Shown here in pieces: positions 23,908-34,769 of a stretch of DNA of 55,878 nucleotides. The notes beneath the pieces were generated by a model. It was not told the origin of the DNA, did not search any database, and was given only the letters and a program-made list of their open reading frames with translations. This DNA comes from Microbacteriaceae bacterium (GTDB lineage Bacteria > Actinomycetota > Actinomycetes > Actinomycetales > Microbacteriaceae), in the NCBI GenBank assembly GCA_947454285.1, contig CANGJO010000001.1, positions 1 to 55,878 of the forward strand, written 5' to 3'. The first letter of the stretch is position 1. The number at the start of each line of letters is the position of its first letter. The translations under genes and the position numbers were made by a program.

Positions 23908-24699
23908 ATGAGCGATGCTGAACTTTTGCATGTGTTTGCTGACAACCGCCTGACTGAAATCGCCGCCGAAGATTTGCCGGTTGGGCACCTAGCCGTTGCC
24001 GATAGTTGGTTGATCGAAGATGGTCGTGCCCGCAGCCTGAGCGAACATTACGAACGATTCAGCAACTGGGTTGCCGCAATCACCAATCGCGGTGATATCA
24101 CAGATTTTTGCGCATCGGTAACCGCAGCGATTCCACGCGATGGCCGATGGTTTCCGCGCATTGAACTTCTAGTTGATGATGCGTCCGATTCAACTCACCT
24201 GGTATTCAGATTGCGCGAGGCACCGGAGCCAATTGACTCCATGACACTGTGGAGCTACAACGAACCGGATCCGCGCAGCAATCCCCTAGTCAAGGGCCCG
24301 GACCTAAGTCTTGGCATGCAGATGCGCCGAGCTGCCCAAATGCACGGCGCCGACGAGGCAGTTATTTTGAACACCGATGGCTACATTCTTGAAGGTGCAT
24401 TGAGTGCAATTGTTTGGTTCCGCGACGATGTGCTTTGCGCACCAGGCAATGACCTGGATTGGATTCCAAGCATCACTCGTAAAGAGGTCTTCGCAATTGC
24501 CGAGCAAATGGGATTGCAAACCAGAACAGAAAAGGTGAAGCCTGCCGATCTGGTTGATCTTGAGATCTGGGGGCTCAGCTCACTGCACGGCATCAGGCCG
24601 GTTGACGAATGGGTTGACCTTGGCGGGCCGGTTGGTCAGCCTCGTCACCTTGAGGCTTTCAATAAGCGCCTGCGCATGTTGTCTACCAGCATTGACTAA
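23908..24699 (+). CDS. pabC: Aminotransferase class IV, probable 4-amino-4-deoxychorismate lyase
   Basis: VKGPD, GADEAVIL...ILEGA, PSITR; divergent from pabB. Confidence 0.75.
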   Translation: MSDAELLHVFADNRLTEIAAEDLPVGHLAVADSWLIEDGRARSLSEHYERFSNWVAAITNRGDITDFCASVTAAIPRDGRWFPRIELLVDDASDSTHLVFRLREAPEPIDSMTLWSYNEPDPRSNPLVKGPDLSLGMQMRRAAQMHGADEAVILNTDGYILEGALSAIVWFRDDVLCAPGNDLDWIPSITRKEVFAIAEQMGLQTRTEKVKPADLVDLEIWGLSSLHGIRPVDEWVDLGGPVGQPRHLEAFNKRLRMLSTSID

Positions 24700-24733
24700 A
24701 ACACATCGCTTGATTTGATGCGAAGATTGAACA

Positions 24734-25405
24734 GTGAACCAAGTTCTTGACTGGCTGCTAACTAACGTCCAAAGCGTGGACCCAATTCTGCGCAACCTGT
24801 TGGCCGGACTCGCCATCATGCTCGAGACCTCGCTATTTGTTGGGCTCATCATTCCCGGCGACACCGTGGTGTTGGTTGCCTCCACCGGCGTGCAAGACAT
24901 TGGCGACTTCTTCTTACTGCTGGGCTTTGTGCTTTTAGGTTCGCTGATTGGCGAATCATTTGGTTTTTGGATCGGCAGACTATTTGGCCCAAGAATTCGA
25001 GCCAGCAAACTTGGTCAGCGCATCGGCGAATCAAATTGGAAAATGGCCGATGCGTTTATTGAGGCGCGTGGTGGTCTTGCAGTTGCAATCTCAAGATTCT
25101 TGCCGGTGCTGCACTCTCTGGTTCCGGTAGTTGCCGGTGCCACCACAATGCGCTACCGAGTCTTCATTCGCTGGACTCTTGCCGCCTGTGCAGTCTGGGC
25201 ATCGGCATACGTAAGCGTTGGTTACCTGGCGCACACCAGCTATGACCAAATCGGTTCAAGTCTTAAATACGGTGGGCTGATCTTCGTTGCGATCATTCTG
25301 GTTTTTGTGACCATAATTCACTTTGCTAAGAAGCGTCTTGAGAAAACCGCAATCAAGATGGTGGAAACCGATAAAGCTTCACAGTTCACCGAACTCGAAG
25401 GCTAA
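24734..25405 (+). CDS. DedA family membrane protein
   Basis: ETSLFVGLIIPGD, SRFLPVLHSLVP. Confidence 0.92.
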   Translation: MNQVLDWLLTNVQSVDPILRNLLAGLAIMLETSLFVGLIIPGDTVVLVASTGVQDIGDFFLLLGFVLLGSLIGESFGFWIGRLFGPRIRASKLGQRIGESNWKMADAFIEARGGLAVAISRFLPVLHSLVPVVAGATTMRYRVFIRWTLAACAVWASAYVSVGYLAHTSYDQIGSSLKYGGLIFVAIILVFVTIIHFAKKRLEKTAIKMVETDKASQFTELEG

Positions 25406-25407
25406 CC

Positions 25408-26145
25408 ATGTGCGGTCGTTTTGTAGTCGCGCGTACCGTTGGTGAAATTCAAACAATTTTCGAAGCCGACGAAATCATTGGAGATCTTCCGGGCATCAGC
25501 TACAACGTTGCTCCGACTCAGCCAATCACCATAATTGTGGATCGCGCATTCGAGAAGGCTCCGGATGGCTCGCCTATCGGTGAATTGAGTCGCGAACTTC
25601 ATGCGGCACGTTGGGGTCTGGTGCCGCGCTGGGCAAAGAGCCCAACCGAGCACGCTCCCCTAATCAACGGACGCATCGAAACTATTTTGGAAAAGCCATC
25701 TTTCAAGGACTCGGTGGTTCGTCGCCGCTGTGTGATTCCGGCATCCGGTTATTACGAATGGCACGTGGCCGCCGATGGCACCAAGCAACCGTTCTACATC
25801 AGTGCCGGCACCGATGGAATGTTTGCGCTTGCTGGGCTTTACGAGTGGTGGGCAGATCCAGAGAAGGACGCCAAGGATCCTTCACGCTGGTTGTTGTCGG
25901 CAACGACCCTTACCAAGCACACCGCACCTGAACTGGCGCACATTCACGATCGCAACCCGGTGCTGTTGTCCCCTGATACCTTCGAGGCCTGGCTGGATCC
26001 ACACATTGAAGGCGATCAAGAATTGCTTAACGCCGTGGCGAACGATTCAGACGTGGTTGCCGGTGAGGCTGAATTCTTTAAGGTTGGCGCCGAGGTCGGC
26101 AAGGTTTCGAATAACAGCGAAGCGCTAATCAAACCACTTAGCTAA
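25408..26145 (+). CDS. SRAP (YedK/HMCES-like) abasic-site protection protein
   Basis: N-terminal MCGRF, YNVAPTQ, WGLVPRW, GYYEW, HDRNP. Confidence 0.93.
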   Translation: MCGRFVVARTVGEIQTIFEADEIIGDLPGISYNVAPTQPITIIVDRAFEKAPDGSPIGELSRELHAARWGLVPRWAKSPTEHAPLINGRIETILEKPSFKDSVVRRRCVIPASGYYEWHVAADGTKQPFYISAGTDGMFALAGLYEWWADPEKDAKDPSRWLLSATTLTKHTAPELAHIHDRNPVLLSPDTFEAWLDPHIEGDQELLNAVANDSDVVAGEAEFFKVGAEVGKVSNNSEALIKPLS

Positions 26146-26155
26146 GCCTGCCCGA

Positions 26156-26797
26156 TTAAATCTGGGCTAGTTCGCTGGCAATCTGGCGAACGTGTTCCAT
26201 CGCGATGGTGTGACCACCCGGGTGCAACATGAATTCCACCTTTGCCCCTAGCGAAATCAATTCCTCAATCAACGCGTCAACTCGAACCTGTGGTGAATAT
26301 GCATCGGCAGCACCATTAGCAACCCAAACGTGTTTACCAGTTAGATCTGACTTGCCCTTCTTGAATGGCGTGTCGTCAAAGACCTTGTTGTTTCCCATAG
26401 CTACAACCCCGGCTACAGAATCAGGTTGCAACAGCAACAACGAGGTCGCCGCGTTTGCGCCATTCGAGAATCCAACGGCGTAGACGTTATCGGGGTTGAA
26501 GCCGTACTCGCCAGCCGCGGCCCATAGGAAATCCGCGAGCTCAGCCGAGTTCTCAATCACGGCCTTCTCGTCATAGGTGTCTTGTTCTAGCAGTGCAAAG
26601 AATCGGTTTGCGCCGTCGCTCTTGCGCAGACCTCGGGGTGACAACAAGTTGGCGTTTGGATCAAGTGCCTTGCCCAGCCCAAGCAGATCGTGCTCATCGG
26701 CACCTGAACCGTGCAGCAACAAAAGAGTCTTGCTATTTTCAACATCGGCGCTTGGTTGCCAAACGTGTGGTCTAGAAAGATCGCGCGGATTAACCAT
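26156..26797 (-). CDS. Alpha/beta hydrolase (carboxylesterase, MhqD-like)
   Basis: LLLHGSG, GFSNGA nucleophile elbow, Asp and GGH. Confidence 0.88.
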   Translation of the reverse strand: MVNPRDLSRPHVWQPSADVENSKTLLLLHGSGADEHDLLGLGKALDPNANLLSPRGLRKSDGANRFFALLEQDTYDEKAVIENSAELADFLWAAAGEYGFNPDNVYAVGFSNGANAATSLLLLQPDSVAGVVAMGNNKVFDDTPFKKGKSDLTGKHVWVANGAADAYSPQVRVDALIEELISLGAKVEFMLHPGGHTIAMEHVRQIASELAQI

Positions 26798-27492
26798 TAC
26801 TGAGCCTTGGCGATGAATTCTTCAAGCACCTGTGCGGTTGCAGAGCAACCAGAGCGAGTCACGCCAAGATCCATGTAATCAATTAGTTGATCAAGAGTGC
26901 GAACACCACCAGAGGACTTAACCTTTAGTCGATCGCCCACGGTTTTCTTCATCAGGGCCACGTTGTGAGTGGTGGCGCCCTCGCTTGCAAAACCGGTTGA
27001 GGTTTTTACGTAATCGGCGCCGGCATTTTCAGTGAGCTCGCAAGCCTTGATAATCTGCTCGTCATTCAAGAATGCGGTCTCAAAGATTACTTTCACCGAT
27101 GCACCCGCAGCGTGCGCAACTTCGACTACCGCGCGAATGTCTTGCTCAACAAAATCAAAGTCACCCGAAAGCATGGCCGATACGTTCATCACCATGTCGA
27201 TCTCAACTGCGCCATTGGCAATTGCGTCCTTGGTTTCAAAGGCCTTGGTTGCGGTGGTGGTTGAACCGTGCGGGAATCCAATCACGGTGCAAACATTTAC
27301 GGTGCTACCTGCAAGGGCCTTTGCGGCTGCGGCCACGTCCATTGGGCGAATGCAGTACGAGGCGGTGTTGTATCTCAGAGCAAGCTCGGCCCCGGCTGCT
27401 ACATCGGCGTAGGTGAAGTCTGGCTTCAAAATTGAATGGTCAATGGTCTTGGCTACCTGTTCAAGGGTGTAGCCGCGGTAAGTCTTACTCAT
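26797..27492 (-). CDS. deoC: Deoxyribose-phosphate aldolase
   Basis: IDHSILKP, TVIGFPHG, EIDMV, KVIFET, VKTSTGF, KSSGGVR. Confidence 0.93.
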   Translation of the reverse strand: MSKTYRGYTLEQVAKTIDHSILKPDFTYADVAAGAELALRYNTASYCIRPMDVAAAAKALAGSTVNVCTVIGFPHGSTTTATKAFETKDAIANGAVEIDMVMNVSAMLSGDFDFVEQDIRAVVEVAHAAGASVKVIFETAFLNDEQIIKACELTENAGADYVKTSTGFASEGATTHNVALMKKTVGDRLKVKSSGGVRTLDQLIDYMDLGVTRSGCSATAQVLEEFIAKAQ

Positions 27493-27514
27493 GGTTTCAG
27501 TCTAAGTTTGTTTT

Positions 27515-27739
27515 GTGCGTGTGACTGTGATGGTGAAGCCGGGTTCTAAAAAAGGCCCGCTGGTTGAGGTTAATGAAGACTCGTCGCTCACCGTTTACCT
27601 GTTGCAGCGCGCTGTTGATGGTGCCGCAAATGAAGGCCTAATTGAACTGCTGGCCAAGCACTTTGCAGTCTCAAAATCCCGAGTCACCATAGAATCGGGA
27701 TTCACATCAAGAATTAAACGCGTCTCAGTAGATATCTAA
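27515..27739 (+). CDS. DUF167 (YggU-like) protein
   Basis: VKPGSKK, AVDGAANEGLIELLAKHF, GFTSRIK. Confidence 0.88.
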   Translation: MRVTVMVKPGSKKGPLVEVNEDSSLTVYLLQRAVDGAANEGLIELLAKHFAVSKSRVTIESGFTSRIKRVSVDI

Positions 27740-27752
27740 ATTAAGGAACCTC

Positions 27753-28214
27753 ATGCACATTGCCATGGCAAGTGACCACGCAGGTCGCGCACTAAAAGAG
27801 GAAATCAAGACCCTGCTTGCCCAACTTGGTCACACTGTGGTTGATTTTGGAACCAACACCGATGACCCGGCCGACCTACCCGACCACGTGCTGCCAGCAT
27901 CGCTTGCGGTTGCCAGCGGCGAGGCCCAGCGCGGAATCTTTGTTGACGGCGTTGGTTACGGCAGCGCGATGATCGCCAACAAAGTGCCAGGCATTTTTGC
28001 CGCAGTTTGTCAGGATTCGTTTTGCGCTGAACTTGCTCGCTCACATTCAGACACCAACGTACTTTGCCTAGGCGGCAAGATCATTGGCTCGGCAATCGCA
28101 CTTGAGATCGTAAAGGTCTGGATGCAGACCGATTGGCTTGGCACCACAGAGCCAAAGTACGCGCGTCGCGTTGAGAAGGTTGTTGCCATCGACGCCCAGT
28201 TCCGAGCCAACTAA
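27753..28214 (+). CDS. RpiB/LacA/LacB family sugar-phosphate isomerase with an atypical active site
   Basis: SDHAG, DGVGYGSAMIANK, ARSHSDTNVLCLG, ARRV. Confidence 0.88.
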   Translation: MHIAMASDHAGRALKEEIKTLLAQLGHTVVDFGTNTDDPADLPDHVLPASLAVASGEAQRGIFVDGVGYGSAMIANKVPGIFAAVCQDSFCAELARSHSDTNVLCLGGKIIGSAIALEIVKVWMQTDWLGTTEPKYARRVEKVVAIDAQFRAN

Positions 28215-28223
28215 GTATTAGGC

Positions 28224-28267
28224 AAAAGAAAACCCGCCAAACCTATCGGTGTTGGCGGGTAATTCTT
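28224..28267. terminator. Bidirectional terminator between the RpiB-like gene and tRNA-Ala
   Basis: ACCCGCCAA...TTGGCGGGT stem with A/T-rich flanks. Confidence 0.75.
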
Positions 28268-28268
28268 G

Positions 28269-28341
28269 TGGACCTAAGGGGATTTGAACCCCTGACCCCC
28301 TGCATGCCATGCAGGTGCGCTACCAGCTGCGCCATAGGCCC
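28269..28341 (-). tRNA. tRNA-Ala(GGC), CCA not encoded
   Basis: GGGCCTA/TAGGTCC acceptor stem with G3:U70; anticodon arm CCTGC-ATGGCAT-GCAGG; GGTTCAAAT. Confidence 0.96.
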
Positions 28342-28378
28342 GTGCGTTGCCTAAGCAACCTAAACAGTTTACAACAAT

Positions 28379-28747
28379 CTAGGCTGCTGGAACTGCATCA
28401 AGTTTTACCACTGGGCAGTCCTTCCAAAGGCGTTCCAGCGAGTAGTACATGCGGTCTTCCTCGTGCATGATGTGGCAAATCACATCACCAAAGTCCAGCA
28501 GAATCCAGCGACCGGTCTCTTTGCCCTCGCGACGCAGGTACTTGATTCCGGCCTCGTGAAGTTTGAATTCAATTTCGTCGGCGATCGCAGCTACCTGGCG
28601 CTCGTTTCTGCCAGATGCCAAAAGAAACACATCGGTAAGCGGCATTGGTTCGGTTACATCTAGGGCAATTATGTTTTCGCCAAGCTTGTCGGCAGCAGCA
28701 GCTGCTGCGATGTTTGCTACCTGAATAGCTTTTGGAGTTGCGCTCAC
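28379..28747 (-). CDS. rsfS: Ribosome silencing factor
   Basis: NERQVAAIAD, WILLDFGDV, YYSLERLWKD. Confidence 0.95.
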   Translation of the reverse strand: MSATPKAIQVANIAAAAAADKLGENIIALDVTEPMPLTDVFLLASGRNERQVAAIADEIEFKLHEAGIKYLRREGKETGRWILLDFGDVICHIMHEEDRMYYSLERLWKDCPVVKLDAVPAA

Positions 28748-28760
28748 TTAGATCCTTCGT

Positions 28761-29579
28761 TTACTTCAAGAATCCAAGCATAAATGCTGCAAGGACCAGA
28801 CCACCCACGGCGATCATCAGAAGAGATAGGGTCAACACGGCGAAACCTGCATTTTGCCCCTTAGCGCGTTTGCTTGGCATGATGCCAATCTTGCCGGCGG
28901 TGTTAACAACGCCACTGGCACGAATAGGAGCAATGGTAGATACGTAGCCGTTTACGCTGTCTTGCGCGATCGCCTCATCTACCTGTGCCGCATCCAAGAT
29001 GGTTGCGATTTCACCGGTGTTGGTAGAAAGATTTGGAAGTTCTATCGAACCGGTCTTCAACAACTCACCAGTTTCAGAAATTGCAATCGAGATTGCATCA
29101 AGTGGCTCAAAGTTGTCGATGATGATCGACGCGGTCTGCGGTTCGATGTTCAAGTTGGGTGACACGTCAAAAAGTTGAACCGATGCCGTGATTGGCTCTT
29201 CGGCCTCGCCAAGTACCGGTTCGTAAACCGGAGTCGCAGTAACCGGTGCAGCCGGAGCTACCGGTGCACTTGCAACAGGTTCAGCAACCTTGGGCGCATA
29301 GGGATTAATCACGCCGGTGGTGGCTACCTGTGCTACAGAACTGCTTGCTACCTGCACGTTGGTAACTGCAGTAGAGACTTCTGATATGTCACTCTCATCA
29401 GTAAGTCGACCCATCTGCACAAGCTGGTTCTTAGTAAGAGGTGGAAAGTTAAATCCGGAAACCACCGGCTCAACTGACTCAGCAACAACTTCAGCAACTG
29501 GCTCTTGCGAAAGACCATTGGTTGCGCGCAACTGCGCCTCGCGCAATTCGCGACGCGACAAAAACGGCCCCTCGGTCAT
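28761..29579 (-). CDS. Hypothetical acidic low-complexity protein with a C-terminal membrane anchor
   Basis: 272-aa ORF coupled to nadD (ATGA); N-terminal LSRRELRE; C-terminal TM helix. Confidence 0.8.
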   Translation of the reverse strand: MTEGPFLSRRELREAQLRATNGLSQEPVAEVVAESVEPVVSGFNFPPLTKNQLVQMGRLTDESDISEVSTAVTNVQVASSSVAQVATTGVINPYAPKVAEPVASAPVAPAAPVTATPVYEPVLGEAEEPITASVQLFDVSPNLNIEPQTASIIIDNFEPLDAISIAISETGELLKTGSIELPNLSTNTGEIATILDAAQVDEAIAQDSVNGYVSTIAPIRASGVVNTAGKIGIMPSKRAKGQNAGFAVLTLSLLMIAVGGLVLAAFMLGFLK

Positions 29580-30172
29580 TTAGTCCCCTGGTCAGAACGG
29601 TAAAGATCATTTTGTTGAATGTAATCGATGACTGCCTCAGGCAATAGGTAATCGATTGGTTTTCCAGCCTTAACTCTGGCACGGATATCGGTAGAAGAAA
29701 TAGCCAAAGCCGGAATTTCTAGCAGCGAAACCGCGCCATGTGGTGATTTTGGAACCTCAAGCGAGTGTCCGGGGCGAGTTACACCTACCAAATGGGCCAG
29801 CGGCCAAATCTGTTCGGCGTCTTTCCAGGTTCCAATCTGAGAAATAGAGTCGGCGCCGGTGATGAAAAATAGTTCGGCATTAGGGTGCTCGGCGGCTATG
29901 TCGCGAAGAGTGTCAACCGTATAAGTAGGTCCAGGGCGATCAACGTCTACCCTGCTGATGTCGAAATGCTCGTTGCCGGCGATTGCCAGCTGCGTCATTC
30001 GGTATCGGTGTTCAGAATCTGTAATGGTTTGTTTTTGCCAAGGTTCACCGGTTGGCACAAAAATTACTTTGGCTAAATGAAATGCCGAGGCAGCTTCACT
30101 TGCTGCGACTAAGTGGCCAAAGTGGATTGGGTCAAAAGTTCCACCCATCACGCCGAGACGAATTTTGCTCAT
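29576..30172 (-). CDS. nadD: Nicotinate-nucleotide adenylyltransferase
   Basis: GGTFDPIHFGH, TYTVDTL, FITGADS, ISSTDIR. Confidence 0.96.
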   Translation of the reverse strand: MSKIRLGVMGGTFDPIHFGHLVAASEAASAFHLAKVIFVPTGEPWQKQTITDSEHRYRMTQLAIAGNEHFDISRVDVDRPGPTYTVDTLRDIAAEHPNAELFFITGADSISQIGTWKDAEQIWPLAHLVGVTRPGHSLEVPKSPHGAVSLLEIPALAISSTDIRARVKAGKPIDYLLPEAVIDYIQQNDLYRSDQGTK

Positions 30173-30195
30173 GCGAGAAAAGCCCTAGGTGACTC

Positions 30196-30372
30196 CTAGT
30201 GGTGAGCCTTAGATTCGTCTACCTTGTGCTCGTGGCGGTTTGCAACATCGCGGTAAGACCAGGTGATTACACCCAAAAGAATGAAGGTTCCGATGGCGAT
30301 AACGCCGAACCAGAATGAAGGGAATGGTAGAACCACGAATGGCTCTTCAGCTGCTGCAAGAATTGCGTTCAT
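30196..30372 (-). CDS. Small single-TM protein, 58 aa
   Basis: Below the ORF-track cutoff. AGGAG RBS; MNAILAAAEEPFVVLPFPSFWFGVIAIGTFILLGVITWSYRDVANRHEHKVDESKAHH. Confidence 0.85.
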   Translation of the reverse strand: MNAILAAAEEPFVVLPFPSFWFGVIAIGTFILLGVITWSYRDVANRHEHKVDESKAHH

Positions 30373-30429
30373 TATTTCTCCTAAGAACTAGTTCCAGAAT
30401 AACCTAGGCCAAGGCCCGATTGAGGGTAA

Positions 30430-31677
30430 TTAGGCCCTAACCTGGCCAGATCCGCGCACCAACCACTTAGTTGTGGTCAACTCTGGCAGCCCCATTGGGC
30501 CACGAGCATGCAATTTCTGGGTTGAGATGCCAACTTCGGCACCAAATCCAAATTCGCCACCATCGGTGAAACGCGTTGAAGCGTTGACCATTACGGTCGA
30601 TGCGTCCACCTCGGCCAAGAAGCGCTCGGCATTTTCAACGTTTTCGGTGATGATCGATTCGGTGTGCTTGGTTGAGTACTTTGCGATGTGCGCGAGCGCC
30701 TCGTCCAAGTTCTCAACAACCTTCACCGATATGTCGAGATCGTGGTACTCAGTAGACCAATCCTCTTCGGTGGCAGGCACAGCGGCAAAGAAGTTTGCCT
30801 GAGTTGCCTCGTCACCGTGAATGGTCACGCCTGATTCAGATAGCTTGTCTAGCACTGCAGGCAGAATGCGCTCAACCGCTGATTCGTGAATCAACAGTGT
30901 CTCGGCTGCATTGCAAACACTTGGTCGCTGAACCTTGGCGTTGTGCACAATGTCAACCGACCAATCCAAACGCGCAGATTCATCGATGTAGATGTGCACC
31001 ACACCGTCACCGGTCTGAATAACAGGAACCTTGGCTTCTTGCACAACCTGCTGAATCAAACCGGCGCCACCGCGAGGAATCAATACGTCGATCAAGCCAA
31101 CCGCCTGCATCATTACGGTTCCACCATCGCGGCCAAATTCATCAACTGTCTGCACGGCATCGGAATCAATTCCAGCAATTGCCAGTGCATCTTGAAGTAG
31201 TTTCACCAAAACTCGGTTGGTGTTTTCTGCCGCACGGCCTCCGCGCAATACAACTGCGTTACCGCTCTTGATTGCCAACACTGCAATATCAATAGTCACA
31301 TTAGGACGTGCCTCATAAATCACACCGATAAGACCAAGCGGAACACGAACCTGGGTTAGCTTCAATGCGTTTGGCAAAGACATTCCGCGAATCACATCAC
31401 CGATTGGATCTGGCAGGCTGATGATTTTCAAAACCGCATCGGCGATTGCTGCAATGCGTTCGTGGTTTAGGCGAAGACGATCCTGCAGGCTCTCTGTCAT
31501 TGAATCTGCTTGACCATTTGCAATATCAATATTGTTAGCCGCGATGATTTCGTCGGCGCGAGCGTTTAGCAAATGAGAAATCTGGCGCAGCGCTTCATTC
31601 TTGGTTGCGGTTGGTGCTTGGGCTAGCGAGCTTGCCGCAGCCTTGGCCAACTTAATCTTGTCGAGTGCAGTTGTCAT
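30430..31677 (-). CDS. proA: Gamma-glutamyl phosphate reductase
   Basis: IYEARPNVT, PSVCNAAET, NASTRFTDG, ISTQKLHARGPMGL. Confidence 0.97.
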   Translation of the reverse strand: MTTALDKIKLAKAAASSLAQAPTATKNEALRQISHLLNARADEIIAANNIDIANGQADSMTESLQDRLRLNHERIAAIADAVLKIISLPDPIGDVIRGMSLPNALKLTQVRVPLGLIGVIYEARPNVTIDIAVLAIKSGNAVVLRGGRAAENTNRVLVKLLQDALAIAGIDSDAVQTVDEFGRDGGTVMMQAVGLIDVLIPRGGAGLIQQVVQEAKVPVIQTGDGVVHIYIDESARLDWSVDIVHNAKVQRPSVCNAAETLLIHESAVERILPAVLDKLSESGVTIHGDEATQANFFAAVPATEEDWSTEYHDLDISVKVVENLDEALAHIAKYSTKHTESIITENVENAERFLAEVDASTVMVNASTRFTDGGEFGFGAEVGISTQKLHARGPMGLPELTTTKWLVRGSGQVRA

Positions 31678-32453
31678 TATCGCCCTTCGAACCAGGTACC
31701 AATGTCGGCACCTTCTAGTGCCAAAGAAACTTGATCGGTGTTGGTAAGCAACACGCTCACGCCAGCCTCAGTGGCAACCTTTGCAGCAGAAACTTTAGTC
31801 ACTGCCCCACCGGTGCCAACGTTGGTGCTGCTTCCACCAATTTCAACGCCGCCAAGATCTTCACCAAACTTCACGGTGTGAATTCGCTTTGCGCCTTGCT
31901 TGGTTGGTGGCATGTCGTAAAGCGCGTCAACATCACTCAACAGGACCAGCGCATCGGCATCAACCAAAACCGCAACCAGCGCAGCCAGGCGGTCGTTGTC
32001 ACCGAATTTAATTTCGTGAGTAGCCACGGTGTCGTTTTCGTTCACGATAGGCAGCGCACGAAGCTTCACCAGGCGATCCAAAGTTGCCTTGGCGTTTTTA
32101 CGAGTTTCCTCGTCCTCAAAATCACCGGCGGTAAGCAAAACCTGACCAACGATGATTGAGTACTTGTCTAGCGACTCTTGGTAGCGAGCAATCAGCTTGC
32201 TCTGCCCCACCGATGCCAGCGCCTGCACAGTTGCTAGGTCGTCTGGACGAGCGTCAAGATTAAAGATTGGTAGTGCGGTGGCAATTGCACCGGAAGTTAC
32301 CAGAATGATTTCGGTGCCGCACGCGTGCGACTTAGCCAGTGCCTCAACCAAGAAATCAATCTTGTTTGCGTTTTCACCACTGATTGATGACGAGCCAACC
32401 TTAACGACGACTCGCTTGGCATTAGCCAACTCGCTTCTGTCTCTAAGAGCCAC
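31677..32453 (-). CDS. proB: Glutamate 5-kinase without a PUA domain
   Basis: VVKVGSS, VTSGAIA, NENDTV, FGDNDRLAA, GTGG. Confidence 0.95.
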   Translation of the reverse strand: MALRDRSELANAKRVVVKVGSSSISGENANKIDFLVEALAKSHACGTEIILVTSGAIATALPIFNLDARPDDLATVQALASVGQSKLIARYQESLDKYSIIVGQVLLTAGDFEDEETRKNAKATLDRLVKLRALPIVNENDTVATHEIKFGDNDRLAALVAVLVDADALVLLSDVDALYDMPPTKQGAKRIHTVKFGEDLGGVEIGGSSTNVGTGGAVTKVSAAKVATEAGVSVLLTNTDQVSLALEGADIGTWFEGR

Positions 32454-33983
<1,530 letters not shown>

Positions 33984-34020
33984 CTAGTTTTATTTGCTGT
34001 TTTGGTTTGGATTTGTTTCA

Positions 34021-34054
34021 GAAACAGGAAAGGCGAGCCAAAGGCTCGCCTCCC
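34021..34054 (-). terminator. Hairpin/terminator after rpmA
   Basis: AGGCGAGCC-TTT-GGCTCGCCT followed by a pyrimidine-rich tail. Confidence 0.65.
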
Positions 34055-34072
34055 GAAAAAATTGTTTGAACC

Positions 34073-34327
34073 TTACGCGGCCTCAACGATGTTTACAACG
34101 CGACGGCCACCCTTGGTGCCAAACTCAACCTTGCCGGCTGCAAGCGCGAACAAGGTGTCATCCTTGCCCTTGCCAATGTTTGCACCGGGGTGGAAGTGAG
34201 TGCCGCGCTGACGAACGATGATCTCGCCTGCGTTTACTTCTTGACCTGCGTAACGCTTAACGCCTAGGCGCTGTGCGTTTGAGTCGCGGCCGTTACGGGT
34301 GGAACTAACACCTTTTTTGGAAGCCAT
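34073..34327 (-). CDS. rpmA: 50S ribosomal protein L27
   Basis: [19 protein letters not shown]. Confidence 0.98.
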   Translation of the reverse strand: MASKKGVSSTRNGRDSNAQRLGVKRYAGQEVNAGEIIVRQRGTHFHPGANIGKGKDDTLFALAAGKVEFGTKGGRRVVNIVEAA

Positions 34328-34341
34328 TTTGAGTCAGTCCT

Positions 34342-34650
34342 TTACTTAATCTCTTTGACCTGAACGCGAGTAAGTTCCGCACGGAAACCCTGACGCTTCT
34401 TGTAACCGGTCTTGTTCTTGTACTTCTGGATGATGATCTTTGGACCACGAAGGTCGTTCAGAACTTCAGCGGTGACCTTTACCTTTGCAAGCGCTGCTGC
34501 ATCGGTTGTGACCTTGTCGCCATCAACTAGAAGAAGAGCTGGAAGCTCAATCTTGCCGTTGGCGTCAGCCTTAATACGGTCGAGAGTCACGATGGTGCCT
34601 ACTGACACCTTCTCTTGACGGCCGCCTGCGCGGACTACTGCGTAAACCAC
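34342..34650 (-). CDS. rplU: 50S ribosomal protein L21
   Basis: [13 protein letters not shown]...[13 protein letters not shown]. Confidence 0.97.
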   Translation of the reverse strand: MVYAVVRAGGRQEKVSVGTIVTLDRIKADANGKIELPALLLVDGDKVTTDAAALAKVKVTAEVLNDLRGPKIIIQKYKNKTGYKKRQGFRAELTRVQVKEIK

Positions 34651-34705
34651 AGATCTACCCTTTGTTCGAAAGTCTTATTTTTGTTGCTCTTGCGTAAACC
34701 CAGCA

Positions 34706-34720
34706 GGCAACAAGGATTTA
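34706..34720. repeat. Left arm of a 15-bp inverted repeat flanking rne (GGCAACAAGGATTTA)
   Basis: Exact reverse complement of 37066-37080. Confidence 0.9.
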
Positions 34721-34769
34721 GTCTACATTGCCAATTTGCTGGGGTCAAACCGTTTTAGCCAGTATTTTG

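Noticed and set aside
25408-27492. SRAP plus DeoC as a joint abasic-site/deoxyribose repair system
   Set aside because: The genes are convergent and in different transcription units; adjacency alone is insufficient
24300-28280. Integrative island at the tRNA-Ala 3' end
   Set aside because: No integrase is present, and the only repeat of the tRNA end I found is a 9-nt match (GGACCTAAG) inside pabC, compatible with chance
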